Positions 29,427 through 40,209 of a DNA stretch of 64,000 nucleotides are shown piece after piece. A program made the position numbers and the translations under genes. The notes under the pieces are model-generated. The model saw only the letters and a program-made list of their open reading frames with translations. It had not been told where the DNA came from and ran no database searches. Each line of letters begins with the position of its first letter. Position 1 is the first letter of the stretch. This stretch comes from Nitrospirota bacterium (lineage in GTDB: Bacteria; Nitrospirota; UBA9217), in the NCBI GenBank assembly GCA_963740085.1, contig CAVUCU010000004.1, forward strand, positions 384,001 through 448,000. The letters are read 5' to 3'.

Positions 29427-30101
29427 ATGTCAATTTCCGTTCACGGCATAGGATGGCTCACCAAAAGTGGATATGGCTGTATCAGGAGCGAGCTCGAGCA
29501 GGCGTATGAGTCCGGTGAGGGCGCCAGCACCCTGCCGAAGAGGGACATTTTTTCACATCCCTTTAAAAATTTCGGAAGGCTCGACACCATATCAAAGATG
29601 ACCGCTTTCGGCGTGAGTCTCGCCCTGCAGGATGCGGGCATCGAATACTCGCCGGCAGGGAAACAGGACATCGGGATCATCGGAACGAACGCAGAGGGTT
29701 CGCTCCGGTCCGATATCGAGTACTTCCGGGATTATCTTGAGAGCGGGCGTACACTGTCGAGGGGAAACCTTTTCATTTACACGCTGCCGTCAAGCCCTCT
29801 CGGCGAAGCAGCCATTCATTTCGGATTCCTGGGGCCCGTTCTGTATGCAGCCGGTGACGGCAACGCTTTGTCCTCCGTGCTCGACATGGCGAATGAGATG
29901 GTCCTTGCCGGGGAAGCTCCGGTCATGCTTGCGGGGATGGCGGAAGCGGATGAGGCGATGTTCTTCGTCTTGCGGCGGGAACGCGGTCAGGACGGGTCGG
30001 TCCTCTGTGATGTAGCAGAGGCCCGGGCTCTTGTGGAAACGGACTCCGCTGTAGCGGAGTTGGTGCGTAAATTCATACGAATGACGGCAAGAAAGGGATA
30101 A
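29427..30101 (+). CDS. Ketosynthase N-terminal-like / chain-length-factor-like protein
   Basis: FGRLD..SK, FIYTLPSSP; no catalytic triad; follows KS2. Confidence 0.75.
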   Translation: MSISVHGIGWLTKSGYGCIRSELEQAYESGEGASTLPKRDIFSHPFKNFGRLDTISKMTAFGVSLALQDAGIEYSPAGKQDIGIIGTNAEGSLRSDIEYFRDYLESGRTLSRGNLFIYTLPSSPLGEAAIHFGFLGPVLYAAGDGNALSSVLDMANEMVLAGEAPVMLAGMAEADEAMFFVLRRERGQDGSVLCDVAEARALVETDSAVAELVRKFIRMTARKG

Positions 30102-30102
30102 T

Positions 30103-31374
30103 GTGAAGATCAGACTCATTTATCCAAAATGGCCAAAGCTTGAACGGCAGACGGAGTTCCATCTGCCGCCGCACGGCCCGATCTGTTTTGCGGCCACCGT
30201 GCCCGGCGACGACGAGCTTGCTTTCACTGATGAACATGTTGAGGAGATCAATTTTGACGAGAAGGTGGACCTTGTCGCCATCTCGTGCATGCTCACGTGC
30301 CAGATCAAACGGGGATGGGAGATCGCCGACCGCTTCCGCGCGAGGGGGGTCCCGGTCATCTTCGGCGGCATCGGCACCATGCTGCATGCCGAGGAAACCG
30401 GGGAGCACGCCGATTCCGTGTTCCTCGGCGAGGCCGAGGGACGCTTTGGACAGGTACTTCAGGACCTGAAGAACAACAGCCTCAAAAAGGTGTATGACTA
30501 TCAGTGGAACTTTCCCGACATGAGCGTGATCGGTCCGGCAAGGCGGAGCATACTCAACCGGGAACGGTACAATTATCGCGGGGTACAGATGGTGGATCTT
30601 ATCCACGCCTCGCGCGGCTGCCGGTTCAACTGTTTCTGCTGCTGTACACCGTTCCTGGGTGGAAGGAAGTTCCGGCCCCGTCCCATCGATGATGTTGTAC
30701 GCGAGGTCGCGGCCATTGACAACAACCGCCTGTTCTTCGTGGACAACTCCCTGGCCCAGAACGACCAGTGGGAGAAGGACCTGTTCAAGGCGTTGATCCC
30801 ACTGAAGAAGAAATGGGTCTCTCATCCCATCAAGGACGACGACGAGATCCTGGACCTCGCGGCCGAGGCCGGCTGCTGGTACGTGTACCAGGCAATCTTC
30901 GACACGTCCGACTATATCCGGAAACGCGTGAAGCGGCTGCAGGAGCGCGGCATCGGCGTCGAGGGTACGATCATCCTCGGGATGGATGAGCAGGATGAGG
31001 ATTATGTCAAGCGGCTTGTCGATTTCCTGCTCGAGATCAAGCTGGACCTGGCTGAGTTCACGATCCTGACGCCGTTCCCGAATACGCCGGTCCGTGATGC
31101 GCTCGTGAAAGAGGGGAGGGTCCTGACGAACGACTGGAACCGTTACACGGGCGGGCAGGTGGTCTATCAGCCGGCACAGATGACCCCGACAAGGCTGCAG
31201 GACCTCTACCATTACGCGTGGGACACGTTTTACCGGGAAAGCAGCCAGAACCTCAAGATGGCCAAGCTCTTTCTCAAGGTCATTGAAAAGGAGAAGGCGG
31301 ACGGAACGTACCGGGGAGCAAGTCTCCGGCGCAGGAAATGGCAGAAGGAAGAAATCGAGGAGAAGGTCCGATGA
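30103..31374 (+). CDS. Cobalamin-binding radical SAM enzyme (1)
   Basis: N-terminal B12-type domain, SRGCRFNCFCC, FFVDN, TPFPNT. Confidence 0.88.
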   Translation: MKIRLIYPKWPKLERQTEFHLPPHGPICFAATVPGDDELAFTDEHVEEINFDEKVDLVAISCMLTCQIKRGWEIADRFRARGVPVIFGGIGTMLHAEETGEHADSVFLGEAEGRFGQVLQDLKNNSLKKVYDYQWNFPDMSVIGPARRSILNRERYNYRGVQMVDLIHASRGCRFNCFCCCTPFLGGRKFRPRPIDDVVREVAAIDNNRLFFVDNSLAQNDQWEKDLFKALIPLKKKWVSHPIKDDDEILDLAAEAGCWYVYQAIFDTSDYIRKRVKRLQERGIGVEGTIILGMDEQDEDYVKRLVDFLLEIKLDLAEFTILTPFPNTPVRDALVKEGRVLTNDWNRYTGGQVVYQPAQMTPTRLQDLYHYAWDTFYRESSQNLKMAKLFLKVIEKEKADGTYRGASLRRRKWQKEEIEEKVR

Positions 31375-32741
31375 AGGTACTGCTGATCTCAGCCAATGTG
31401 ACACTGTCGCCATACCCGCTCTACCCCCTGGGTGTGAGCATCATTGCTGCCGTGCTCACGAAGGCCGGTCATACGGTGCAGCAGGCGGACTTCCTGCAGC
31501 AGAACAATTCGCTTGAGGCGATCGGCCGGGAGGTGCGCGAGTTCGGACCCGACCTGGTCGGGATATCGGTGCGCAATATCGACAACGTGAACCTCATTCA
31601 CGAGCAGTATTACATCCAGAACGTAAAGAACATCGTGAGCACGGTCCGGGAGGCCTCGAAGGCAAAGGTGCTCCTGGGAGGAGCGGGGTTTTCTCTTGTC
31701 CCGGATCTGATCCTCAAGGAGACCGGCGCCGATTACGGCATTATCGGTGAGGGTGAGGTCCTGGCGGTCGAGTTCGCGAACAACGCAGCCAAAGGGATAT
31801 ATCCGAAGGAGACCCTCATCGACTCAACGACCAGGCTTCCGGGTTCGCAGATCAGCTCGGCTCTCTATGATGAGCGGCTGCTCGAATTTTATCTCCACAG
31901 CGGCAACATCGCCTCGATCCAGACAAAGCGGGGCTGTACCCATAAATGCGTGTACTGCACCTATCCCCTGCTTGAAGGCGCGGAGCTTCGCAGGAGGGAA
32001 CCGCGGGCGGTGGTCGACGACATCGAGCTGCTGCGGGACGCGTTCAAGACCAAATATATTTTCTTTGTCGATTCCGTGTTCAATGACGATGAGGGCGCAT
32101 ATCTTGATGTGCTCACTGAAATGGAGAAGCGGAATGTCAACATCCCCTGGACCGCATTCATCAAGCCCGGGGGCCTGACCGACGGGATCGTTGAACGGAT
32201 GAAGAAGACCGGGTTTGCCGCGGCCGAGATCGGCACTGACGCGGCCTGCGATACGACGCTCAGGAGGATGGGAAAGAGCTTTACCTTCGACGACGTCATC
32301 GCGTGCAATGATCTCTTCGGACGCCATGAGATCGCCACCTCTCATTTCTTCATGTTCGGCGGACCGGGAGAGACCGAGGAGACGGTGCAGGAAGGGATCA
32401 GGAACATCCTGAGCCTGAAAAAATGCGTGGCGTTCATCTTTATGGGCATACGGATCCTGCCGAATACCCCGCTGGCCAGGCTGGCGGTCCGGGAAAAGCT
32501 CATCGCACCCGACGAGGGAATGTTAAAGCCCATCTACTATCTGTCTCCGTCCGTTGATAAGAACTGGCTCGAGCAGACATTGACAACCGCCTTTGCCGAC
32601 GTGCGCCATTGCGTGTTTCCGCCTGATAAAATGGACAACAGCCTCCAGGTGCTGCATAAACTCGGCTACACGGGCCCGATGTGGGACCTGCTGCTCCCCG
32701 GGAAGAAACCCCGAGAGAGGGAACGGCATGCCGCAAAGTAG
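31371..32741 (+). CDS. Lipid-biosynthesis B12-binding radical SAM enzyme (2)
   Basis: SPYPLYPLG..VRNIDN, TKRGCTHKCVYCTYP, FVDSVFN, GIRILPNT. Resembles the TIGR04072-type family (from recall, not HMM-tested). Confidence 0.85.
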   Translation: MKVLLISANVTLSPYPLYPLGVSIIAAVLTKAGHTVQQADFLQQNNSLEAIGREVREFGPDLVGISVRNIDNVNLIHEQYYIQNVKNIVSTVREASKAKVLLGGAGFSLVPDLILKETGADYGIIGEGEVLAVEFANNAAKGIYPKETLIDSTTRLPGSQISSALYDERLLEFYLHSGNIASIQTKRGCTHKCVYCTYPLLEGAELRRREPRAVVDDIELLRDAFKTKYIFFVDSVFNDDEGAYLDVLTEMEKRNVNIPWTAFIKPGGLTDGIVERMKKTGFAAAEIGTDAACDTTLRRMGKSFTFDDVIACNDLFGRHEIATSHFFMFGGPGETEETVQEGIRNILSLKKCVAFIFMGIRILPNTPLARLAVREKLIAPDEGMLKPIYYLSPSVDKNWLEQTLTTAFADVRHCVFPPDKMDNSLQVLHKLGYTGPMWDLLLPGKKPRERERHAAK

Positions 32742-33927
32742 CGCAATATCACGAGACCGCATCTGGTGCGCGGTCCCGGTCTACAATAACCGGGAAACGG
32801 TCAAGGACGTGGTTGCCCGATGCCGTTCGATCCTCCGGAACGTCGTGGTGGTCGATGACGGCAGCTCGGACGCTGATGTGGCCGTGCTCCTTGCCGGTCT
32901 CGACGTGGTTGTTTTGAAACAGGGAAAGAACCTCGGCAAAGGTCAGGCGATCCTTACCGCATCGCGCTATGTCGAGGACCACGGAGGTATGTACCTGATC
33001 ACGATCGATGCCGACGGTCAGCATGTTCCGCGGGACATCGAGAAATTTATCCCGCTCATCAAGGAAGACGAGCCGGCTCTTCTTATCGGGTGCAGGGATT
33101 TTAATACGGAGCATGTCCCCGCGTCGAGCCGCTTCGGCAGATCGTTCGCTAATTTCTGGCTCAAGGTCGAGACCGGTCTGACCATGGACGATTGCCAGAG
33201 CGGTTTTCGCGCCTATCCGGTTCACTATCTGAACCAACTGCGGTTCAAGGGAAAGCGCTACGATTTTGAAGCTGAGGTGCTCGCCAAGGCGGCCTGGGCA
33301 GGTCTCAAACTGATGACGGTCCCGATCCGCGTCATCTATCCGAAGCCGGACGAGCGTGTTTCGAGTTTCAAGCCTTTTATCGACAATCTTCGCCTCACCG
33401 GCATCCACTCGATGCTCGTGGGCAGGCGTCTCCTGCCCGTACCGCATAAGAAACTGGTACGGGATCACAACGCGTTCGATCTCTCGCTCTTGCGTCATCC
33501 GGCAAGGGCTCTCAAAATGCTCCTGCTTGAGAATGCGACTCCGGAAGGTCTGGCGATGTCGGCGGCGGTCGGCGTTTTCCTTGCCGTGCTTCCGCTCCTG
33601 TTCATGCATACGATCGTGATACTCTACGTTTCACTGCGGCTCAACCTGAACAAGGTCGTGTCTCTCAACGTGCAGCACCTGGCGATGCCGCCGTTCATCC
33701 CGGCGTTGTGCATCGAGACGGGATATTATCTCCGGCACGGTCGGTGGCTGACCGAGCTTTCGTTCAAGACGGTGTTTGAACAGTTCTCGTCACGTTTCTA
33801 CGAGTGGTTTCTCGGATCTCTGATCATTGCTCCTCTTACCGCGATCCTCATCGGTGGCATTATGTTTATCGCTGCAACAGTGATCAAGCGGGTACGGTGC
33901 GCGAATGTCGCAAAAGAAGGATGTTGA
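32728..33927 (+). CDS. GT2 glycosyltransferase with C-terminal DUF2062-like membrane domain
   Basis: VPVYNN, VVDDGS, IDADGQH, DCQSGFRAYP; hydrophobic C-terminus. Confidence 0.88.
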   Translation: MPQSSAISRDRIWCAVPVYNNRETVKDVVARCRSILRNVVVVDDGSSDADVAVLLAGLDVVVLKQGKNLGKGQAILTASRYVEDHGGMYLITIDADGQHVPRDIEKFIPLIKEDEPALLIGCRDFNTEHVPASSRFGRSFANFWLKVETGLTMDDCQSGFRAYPVHYLNQLRFKGKRYDFEAEVLAKAAWAGLKLMTVPIRVIYPKPDERVSSFKPFIDNLRLTGIHSMLVGRRLLPVPHKKLVRDHNAFDLSLLRHPARALKMLLLENATPEGLAMSAAVGVFLAVLPLLFMHTIVILYVSLRLNLNKVVSLNVQHLAMPPFIPALCIETGYYLRHGRWLTELSFKTVFEQFSSRFYEWFLGSLIIAPLTAILIGGIMFIAATVIKRVRCANVAKEGC

Positions 33928-34807
33928 GCGGAAGAGAGGCACCCGGTCAGGCTTCTGGTTCTTCCGGACGGCAGTGCGTATCTTCGGCCTCAGGGGAACC
34001 TATGGACTGCTCTACTTCGTCAGTCTGTACTATCTTGCCTTTGACCGTGCGGTTGTTGCCGCGAGCAAGGCATATGTCAGGAGACGCTTCCCGGACCACG
34101 GCGCTGTCCGGCAGCTCTTCGATGTGTATCTGCTTTTCGTAAACCAGGGGAAAAGCCTCATTGACCGCTATTACGTCGCGGCCGGCGGCCGCGACATCAG
34201 GCTTGAACTTGTCGGATATGAAAAGATCAAGGACCTCCTTGCTGAGGGGCAGAAAGGGCTCATTTTGCTGACCGCTCACGTGGGCAACTGGCAGGTCGCG
34301 ATGACCGCCCTCAGGGAACTCGGGCGGACGGTCCACCTCATGATGCGCCCGGAGGACAATGTCGCGGTGAAAGAGGCGCTGAACATCGACAGCGAAAAGG
34401 ACACCGTTCGGATCATCTATACTGACGGCGCCATGGGCGGCGTGATAGAAGCCCTGAAAGCGATCAACCGGGGAGAAATCGTTTCGATCATGGGAGACCG
34501 CACCTATGGATATGGAGCGGTCGAGGCCTCCCTGCTCGGCGGGAAGGTACGGTTCCCGTACGGCGCGTTCAGTCTCGCATCGGCAGCTCACTGTCCCGTG
34601 GCAGTGCTGCTGTCGGCGAAGGCTGGAGCAAAGAAACATGTTACCGATGTCTCGCATGTGATCGATCCTCCCGCAGGCGCGCGGGGCAAGAAGGATGAGG
34701 AGATCCACGCATGTGTCCAGGAATTCGCCAGCGTCCTGGAAGAGTATTCTGTTCGCTACCCCTACCAGTGGTTCGTATTCCGCGACATGTGGCAGGGAAA
34801 TGATTGA
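33905..34807 (+). CDS. LpxL/HtrB-like acyltransferase
   Basis: TAHVGNWQ, IMGDR, YPYQWF. Confidence 0.85.
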   Translation: MSQKKDVERKRGTRSGFWFFRTAVRIFGLRGTYGLLYFVSLYYLAFDRAVVAASKAYVRRRFPDHGAVRQLFDVYLLFVNQGKSLIDRYYVAAGGRDIRLELVGYEKIKDLLAEGQKGLILLTAHVGNWQVAMTALRELGRTVHLMMRPEDNVAVKEALNIDSEKDTVRIIYTDGAMGGVIEALKAINRGEIVSIMGDRTYGYGAVEASLLGGKVRFPYGAFSLASAAHCPVAVLLSAKAGAKKHVTDVSHVIDPPAGARGKKDEEIHACVQEFASVLEEYSVRYPYQWFVFRDMWQGND

Positions 34808-34837
34808 TATGATACATACCTTACAGGCAAGGAGAGC

Positions 34838-35128
34838 ATGATGGAGAAGAACAAGGAGCAGGAACTGGCGGCAATACGAAAAGATCTCAAGGAGATGATC
34901 GTCCGTGACCTTTCGCTGGAAGACATCAAGCCGGAGGATATCAAGGACGATGAGGTCTTGTTCGGGGAAGGGCTGGGGCTGGATTCCCTCGATGCCGTCG
35001 AGATCGTCGTGCTGCTGCAGCGCAACTTCGGCATGGAAGTGAAGAACATGGACCAGGGAAAAGAGATATTCCATTCCATCGATACCATGGCCCATTTTGT
35101 ATACGAGAACAAGAACAAGGCTTCATAA
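34838..35128 (+). CDS. Acyl carrier protein (ACP2)
   Basis: LFGEGLGLDSLDAVE motif; AAGGAG SD. Confidence 0.9.
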   Translation: MMEKNKEQELAAIRKDLKEMIVRDLSLEDIKPEDIKDDEVLFGEGLGLDSLDAVEIVVLLQRNFGMEVKNMDQGKEIFHSIDTMAHFVYENKNKAS

Positions 35129-35147
35129 TGATCGATCACCGGTACCT

Positions 35148-36152
35148 ATGAGACGGCATTTAATCGTATTGTGGCTTCTGGTGTTCCTTGTTTCCTGCGG
35201 CGGGATCGGCACACGGAAGCCTGCTGATTCAGGAGGTCCCACGGGTTCGGTCCCGCTGATCTCCTTCGTGTTCGACGACGGGAACGACACGGATTACCTG
35301 GTTGCCAGGGCAATTTTTGCGGAGCAGGGGGCCGTCGCCTGCTCGGCGATCACGACCGACTGGATCAACAGGCCGGGGTATCTTACCGCTGAACAGATCA
35401 TCGGGCTCAAAGGTGCGGGCTGGGAGATCATGGCCCATACGGCGACCCATCCGAACCTGAGGTCTCTTACGTCCGCTCAGGTCGAGGTAGAACTGTCACG
35501 ATCAAAAGCGGCACTCGATGATCTGGGGCTCGGCATCAAGAACCTCGTCTATCCGTATAACAAGAACAATGAGATGGTCAGGGCGATCGCCAGGCGTTAC
35601 TACCGTTCAGGAAGGGGCGGCACGAACACGGCGAATGGGGCGGACCTCGATCCGTATGATTTGAAATCTTATTCGATCAAACATGATCTTGCCGGGATGG
35701 AGCGATACATCGATCGCGCTTATGCCGGCAGGTCCTGGATCATTTTCTACCAGCATCAGGTCGACATCAAGGTCGCCGTTGAAAAGAGACAGGGGAGCTT
35801 CATTCCCGGAGAGAAGTTGCTGTTCAGTCCTTCGGGTGCGATCGGCAGGTATGAACCGCCGGCGTGGTACTTGTTCTTCGGGTCCCTGTATTTTGTCCCG
35901 CTTTCAGGGAGACCAGAGGCAGGGGACACGATCACCGGAGAGACAAGCGGCGCATCGGCCCGCATCGACCGGATTCTTTACGACGAAAGGGCCCAGCTTC
36001 GCGATATGATCCGTTATGTTCACATGCACTATCCGGACATGCGGATCGTAACGATCGATCAGGGGCTGGACATTCTGGGTGTCGCGCAGCAGACAAACGC
36101 GTACGAGAACAGGCCGGCAAAGAGCGTGCGCAGCGCGGTAACCGTGAAATGA
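35148..36152 (+). CDS. Polysaccharide deacetylase (NodB-like) lipoprotein
   Basis: Lipobox LVSC, FVFDDG, WEIMAHTATH, YPY, IFYQH. Confidence 0.75.
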   Translation: MRRHLIVLWLLVFLVSCGGIGTRKPADSGGPTGSVPLISFVFDDGNDTDYLVARAIFAEQGAVACSAITTDWINRPGYLTAEQIIGLKGAGWEIMAHTATHPNLRSLTSAQVEVELSRSKAALDDLGLGIKNLVYPYNKNNEMVRAIARRYYRSGRGGTNTANGADLDPYDLKSYSIKHDLAGMERYIDRAYAGRSWIIFYQHQVDIKVAVEKRQGSFIPGEKLLFSPSGAIGRYEPPAWYLFFGSLYFVPLSGRPEAGDTITGETSGASARIDRILYDERAQLRDMIRYVHMHYPDMRIVTIDQGLDILGVAQQTNAYENRPAKSVRSAVTVK

Positions 36153-36167
36153 ACAGATATCGAAACT

Positions 36168-37347
36168 ATGCATGATACCTCAATGTTGATAACGGGCATC
36201 GGGGTCATATCCGCTGCGGGAAACAATGTGGCCGAGACGCTCACCTCCTTCGAGCTGGGGACGAGGAATGCGGGACCGGTGACCCTTTTTCCCACGGATT
36301 TGAAATCTCCGGTATTTGAAGTGAAGCGTCTTCCGGCTGAATATTATCTGGAAGGCTGGCGGACCGTGAGCCTTGCCCTGATCGCCGTTGATGAGGCGTT
36401 GAAGGACGCGCGTCTGTCCGACCTTAAGGAGTTCCGGGTAGGTGTCTGCATGGGAACGACCGTGGCGAGCCAGCTGAACGCTTTGCAGTTCTATAAAACG
36501 TACCGCGAGCGCGGTGCGGCGCCGATGACGTCGGTTGACAGATTTTTGAAGGGAAATCTCGCCGAGTATATAGCGCGCCGGATCGGGGCGCGGGGCCCGC
36601 AGATCTCCGTGGTGAACGCCTGCTCTTCCTCGACCGACGCGATCGGCGTTGCGCTCTCCTGGCTCAAGAGCGGCCTGTGCGATATCGCGATCGCGGGCGG
36701 GGCGGATGAGTTGAACCATGTGCCCTACTGCGGCTTCAGCTCCCTCGGCATTGCCAATCCCGGTCTTTGCACACCCTTTGACCGGGACCGCAAAGGTCTG
36801 AACCTCGGAGAAGGCGCGGGGATCATGGTCATCGAAAGCAGGGCAACAGCGCGCAAAAGGGGCGTGTCATCACCTCTTTTTCTTTCGGGCTACGGCACCT
36901 CAAGCGACGCCTATCACCTGACCGCGCCCAGTCCCGAAGGTGTTGGTTTGAAAGCGGCCCTCCATGACGCACTGACGGAAGCGGGCATCGCGCCTCGAGA
37001 GGTCGGTTTTGTCAATGCCCACGGCACCGGAACTCATGAAAATGATCTGGTCGAAGGAAAGTCGCTGGCGGACATTTTCGGACCGGATCTCATCATGCTG
37101 TCGACCAAAGGATTTACGGGGCATACCCTGGGAGCTGCGGGCGGCATCGAGGCCGTGTTCACGGCGGCAGGACTCCGGTGCAGGATGGGTGCCGGCCAGC
37201 GCGGGTTTTCAGAACAAGGACGAGGCCATCCCCATTTCTCCGGTGAGAAAAAAGACCGCTATCACCGGACGTTTCGCCCTCTCTACTTCGCTGGCCTTCG
37301 GGGGCACTAATGCCGCGATCGTGATCGGACGGGAGGCAGGCGTATGA
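36168..37347 (+). CDS. Beta-ketoacyl-ACP synthase (KS3), frameshifted near 37179
   Basis: VNACSSS, NAHGTGT, GHTLGAAG; C-terminus (ALSTSLAFGGTNAAIV) is in the 37009..37347 frame. Confidence 0.85.
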
Positions 37348-38414
37348 AGATCGCCGGGATCGGCATGATCTTTACGCAGGGTCTGGGCATCGACAGCCTT
37401 GAGAAGGCCCTGCAAAACGGATGGCGGAAGCCGGGCGAAGTGGCGGCTCATCCGGTCAGTGGCGGTACGTTGCCCGCGTATCTTGTTGATCTTACTACAA
37501 CGTCCGTTAAAGCGCTGTTAAAGAAGGTCCGGCGCTCGGATTCCCTGAGCAAGATGTCCGTGGTCGCGGCGTCGGACGCCCTTGCTGACAGCGGTATTGA
37601 GAATATAGCTCAAAAAAGGCTCGGCATCATCATAGCCACCGCCTTCGGTCCCCATGTGACCACGTTCGATTTTCTGGACGACATCCTTGACCACGGGGAC
37701 GCCGCCGTGTCGCCGACCACGTTTTCCAACTCGGTGCACAATGCCGCGGCCTCCTATGTCGCCACGTCCCTGAATATCAAGGGGCCGACGCTGACGATCA
37801 CGCAATTCCACTTCTCGTTCCAGGGTGCGCTGCAGCTTGCACAGGCCTGGTTGCAGCAGGGCCGCTGCGACTATGTCCTTGTCGGGGCAGTGGACCAGTA
37901 CGGAGAGGTCCTCGGGTATGTTTCCGATCATAAACTCTCGACGGCGAAGGATGGCAGGATCAAACCTTTCACCTTCAACCCCACCTGTCAGGTCCCTGGT
38001 GAAGGCGCCGCTTTCTTTCTGGTGGGCAAAGGAAACGAGGGCAACGTGTATTGCGACGTCAACGCCGTTCACATCGGCGACGATCCGGATCGCCGAAAAC
38101 CCGTCGATATCAACATCATCGATGCCGACGGCATGCTGCCCGACGAGTCCGCGTACCGGTCATCCCTGTCGGCCACTATCCCGACAGCTGCCTATTCGCC
38201 GCTCTTCGGCAGCATGATGATCGGCAGCGCCTTTAATGCCGCGGCAGGCGCGCTGATGCTGAAACGGCAAAGGCGTTATGCCGCTCCGGTGCCGGACAAC
38301 CCTCATGGGATCAGTCTTCTCACGGAATCCGTCAGCAGCCATGTCGAGTCGATTCGATGTATCGGGATCAATTGTTACGCGGAAAAGTCGGCGATCTATT
38401 TAACGAGGGCGTGA
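37344..38414 (+). CDS. Chain-length-factor-like protein (partner of KS3)
   Basis: VSPTTFSNSVHNAAAS motif, no active-site Cys; ATGA-coupled to KS3. Confidence 0.8.
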   Translation: MKIAGIGMIFTQGLGIDSLEKALQNGWRKPGEVAAHPVSGGTLPAYLVDLTTTSVKALLKKVRRSDSLSKMSVVAASDALADSGIENIAQKRLGIIIATAFGPHVTTFDFLDDILDHGDAAVSPTTFSNSVHNAAASYVATSLNIKGPTLTITQFHFSFQGALQLAQAWLQQGRCDYVLVGAVDQYGEVLGYVSDHKLSTAKDGRIKPFTFNPTCQVPGEGAAFFLVGKGNEGNVYCDVNAVHIGDDPDRRKPVDINIIDADGMLPDESAYRSSLSATIPTAAYSPLFGSMMIGSAFNAAAGALMLKRQRRYAAPVPDNPHGISLLTESVSSHVESIRCIGINCYAEKSAIYLTRA

Positions 38415-38428
38415 GTCTGATTTTAGTC

Positions 38429-38607
38429 ACGAGAGAATAAAAATCTTCTCAAAAACGGAAAGAATATTTCAAAGCATTAACACGAATGCCGCGAAAAGAA
38501 CGAATTGCACTAATAAAACCCGGAAACCCTGTTTTCCCTTCGTGATATTCGGAGCATTCGTGTAATTCGTGTTAAAAGGTCAGGTTCCGAACTTGTCCGG
38601 GTTAGGA
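38429..38607. mobile_element. MITE-like element family B
   Basis: Internal AACACGAAT../ATTCGTGTT inverted units; ends TTCCGAACTTGTCCGGGTTAGGA. Confidence 0.55.
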
Positions 38608-38624
38608 TAATGAGGCTATAAAAC

Positions 38625-38867
38625 ATGACCATACAGGAAATTGAAGCTACGTTGATTCAGGGGATCGCTTCGATCACAAACAGGGACGCATCGACCGTTT
38701 CTCCTGATGTGCCATTTCACGATCTGGGGATCGACTCGCTCGGGTTCATCGAGATCCTCGTGTTCATTGAAAAGACATTCAAACTTCCACTGATCGCGGC
38801 GGACCTGACCAGGAAGGACTTTGAGACCATTCACGCCCTGGCTTCGTTCATCAACGGAAAAGTGTAG
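38625..38867 (+). CDS. Acyl carrier protein (ACP3, divergent)
   Basis: DLGIDSLGFIE motif. Confidence 0.88.
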   Translation: MTIQEIEATLIQGIASITNRDASTVSPDVPFHDLGIDSLGFIEILVFIEKTFKLPLIAADLTRKDFETIHALASFINGKV

Positions 38868-38880
38868 AACGGGAGCGGTC

Positions 38881-40209
38881 ATGTTGGTGTCTAAACGCAA
38901 GCGTTACCTCTCCGGCTCCGACTGGGTGATCAACACCTTTGATCACATGATGAAGGCCAGGACCTGCGCAGGCAACATGTCACAGGTGGTGCTCCAGTTC
39001 GATTCGCCTCTTGATGAGAACGAGCTCCGCACGCAGGTGAGCCGGTTCGTGAATCAGTTCCCGGTATTGCAGGGTAGCGTGGGACGGGACCTCAAACTTG
39101 CGCCCTACTGGAGGATCCCGTCGAAAGGCATTCACGAGGTAACGTTCGTTGTCCATCGCGCGGATGACCGGATGTCAGGCCGTGAATTCCGTACCTTTCT
39201 GGAAAAGAGCGCGAATACGGCGTTTCGGGACGACAACGATCATCTTGCGTTCCATCTGTTCACCGGCCACGAGCGAAGCACGCTCGCCATGACCTTCGAC
39301 CACCGCATCCTCGACGCACGCGGGGCAGAGTTGTTTTTGGACCTGTTCCAGGCCAGCTTGAACAAGGGTGCACCCAGGGTATCCGGGGACATTGCCTTTG
39401 CCTCTTCATCGGCCTTGACCCACTGGTCGAAGAGGTTTCTGGCAGGCAGGAACGTGAACCGCAGGATCATGACGCTTTCGAAAACATCCACGCCGGAGGC
39501 CCTGCCGCTTCCGCTCGGGGGAGATCGATGCTACCGTTATCATCTTCTTTCGTTCAATGAAAAGGAGACCGCAGGTATTTATGAACGGGCATACAGCGAG
39601 GCAGGATATCTTATGGAATCGCCGTATCTGCTGTCCGTGATCGTTCAAAGCATGCGCGAACTGTTCAAGAGCAGGCAGATGACCGGGGCCAGCTACCTTG
39701 TCCCCGTTACCATGGACCTGCGGCCCGGCCTGGACCCGCTGCAGGAAGTATTTTTCAATTACGTGTCGTACCTGTTTTACCAGATACCGGTCCCCGAAGT
39801 TGATGACCGTAAGGGGCTCATTGCCTTGCTCAAGCAGCAGATGTACGACCAGGTGAAATCGGGTTTTCCTAAAGACCTTGTGGAGGCGAGCCTGTTGACC
39901 CGCATCGCGCCGTTGTCCGTGCTCGGGAAGCTGCTGCACCTTCCGATGAAGGGGAAAATGGCCACCTTTGTCTTTTCGCATCTCGGGAAGAGTTCATATC
40001 AGCATCCCGGGTTCATGGGGAAAAGGATCGCGAATATGTTTCATATGCCGCGCGTTCCCGTGCCTCCCGGGCTCGGGTTCTTCAGCAATTATTACAACAA
40101 GCGACTCAACATGGTGATCTCCTCTCTGGATGGGCTGCTCAGTGATGGAGAGGTCCGGATGCTCGAAGAGGGCATTCGGGATCGATTCGGCGTTTCGAAG
40201 GCATCATGA
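38881..40209 (+). CDS. Condensation-domain-like / CoA-dependent acyltransferase
   Basis: FDHRILDARG (HxxxD), VPVTMDLRP, FFNYVS; about 440 aa two-lobed size. Confidence 0.65.
   Translation: MLVSKRKRYLSGSDWVINTFDHMMKARTCAGNMSQVVLQFDSPLDENELRTQVSRFVNQFPVLQGSVGRDLKLAPYWRIPSKGIHEVTFVVHRADDRMSGREFRTFLEKSANTAFRDDNDHLAFHLFTGHERSTLAMTFDHRILDARGAELFLDLFQASLNKGAPRVSGDIAFASSSALTHWSKRFLAGRNVNRRIMTLSKTSTPEALPLPLGGDRCYRYHLLSFNEKETAGIYERAYSEAGYLMESPYLLSVIVQSMRELFKSRQMTGASYLVPVTMDLRPGLDPLQEVFFNYVSYLFYQIPVPEVDDRKGLIALLKQQMYDQVKSGFPKDLVEASLLTRIAPLSVLGKLLHLPMKGKMATFVFSHLGKSSYQHPGFMGKRIANMFHMPRVPVPPGLGFFSNYYNKRLNMVISSLDGLLSDGEVRMLEEGIRDRFGVSKAS

Noticed and set aside
37170-37190. Programmed frameshifting in KS3 or sbtM
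   Set aside because: No slippery heptamer at the sites, and similar breaks occur in unrelated genes.
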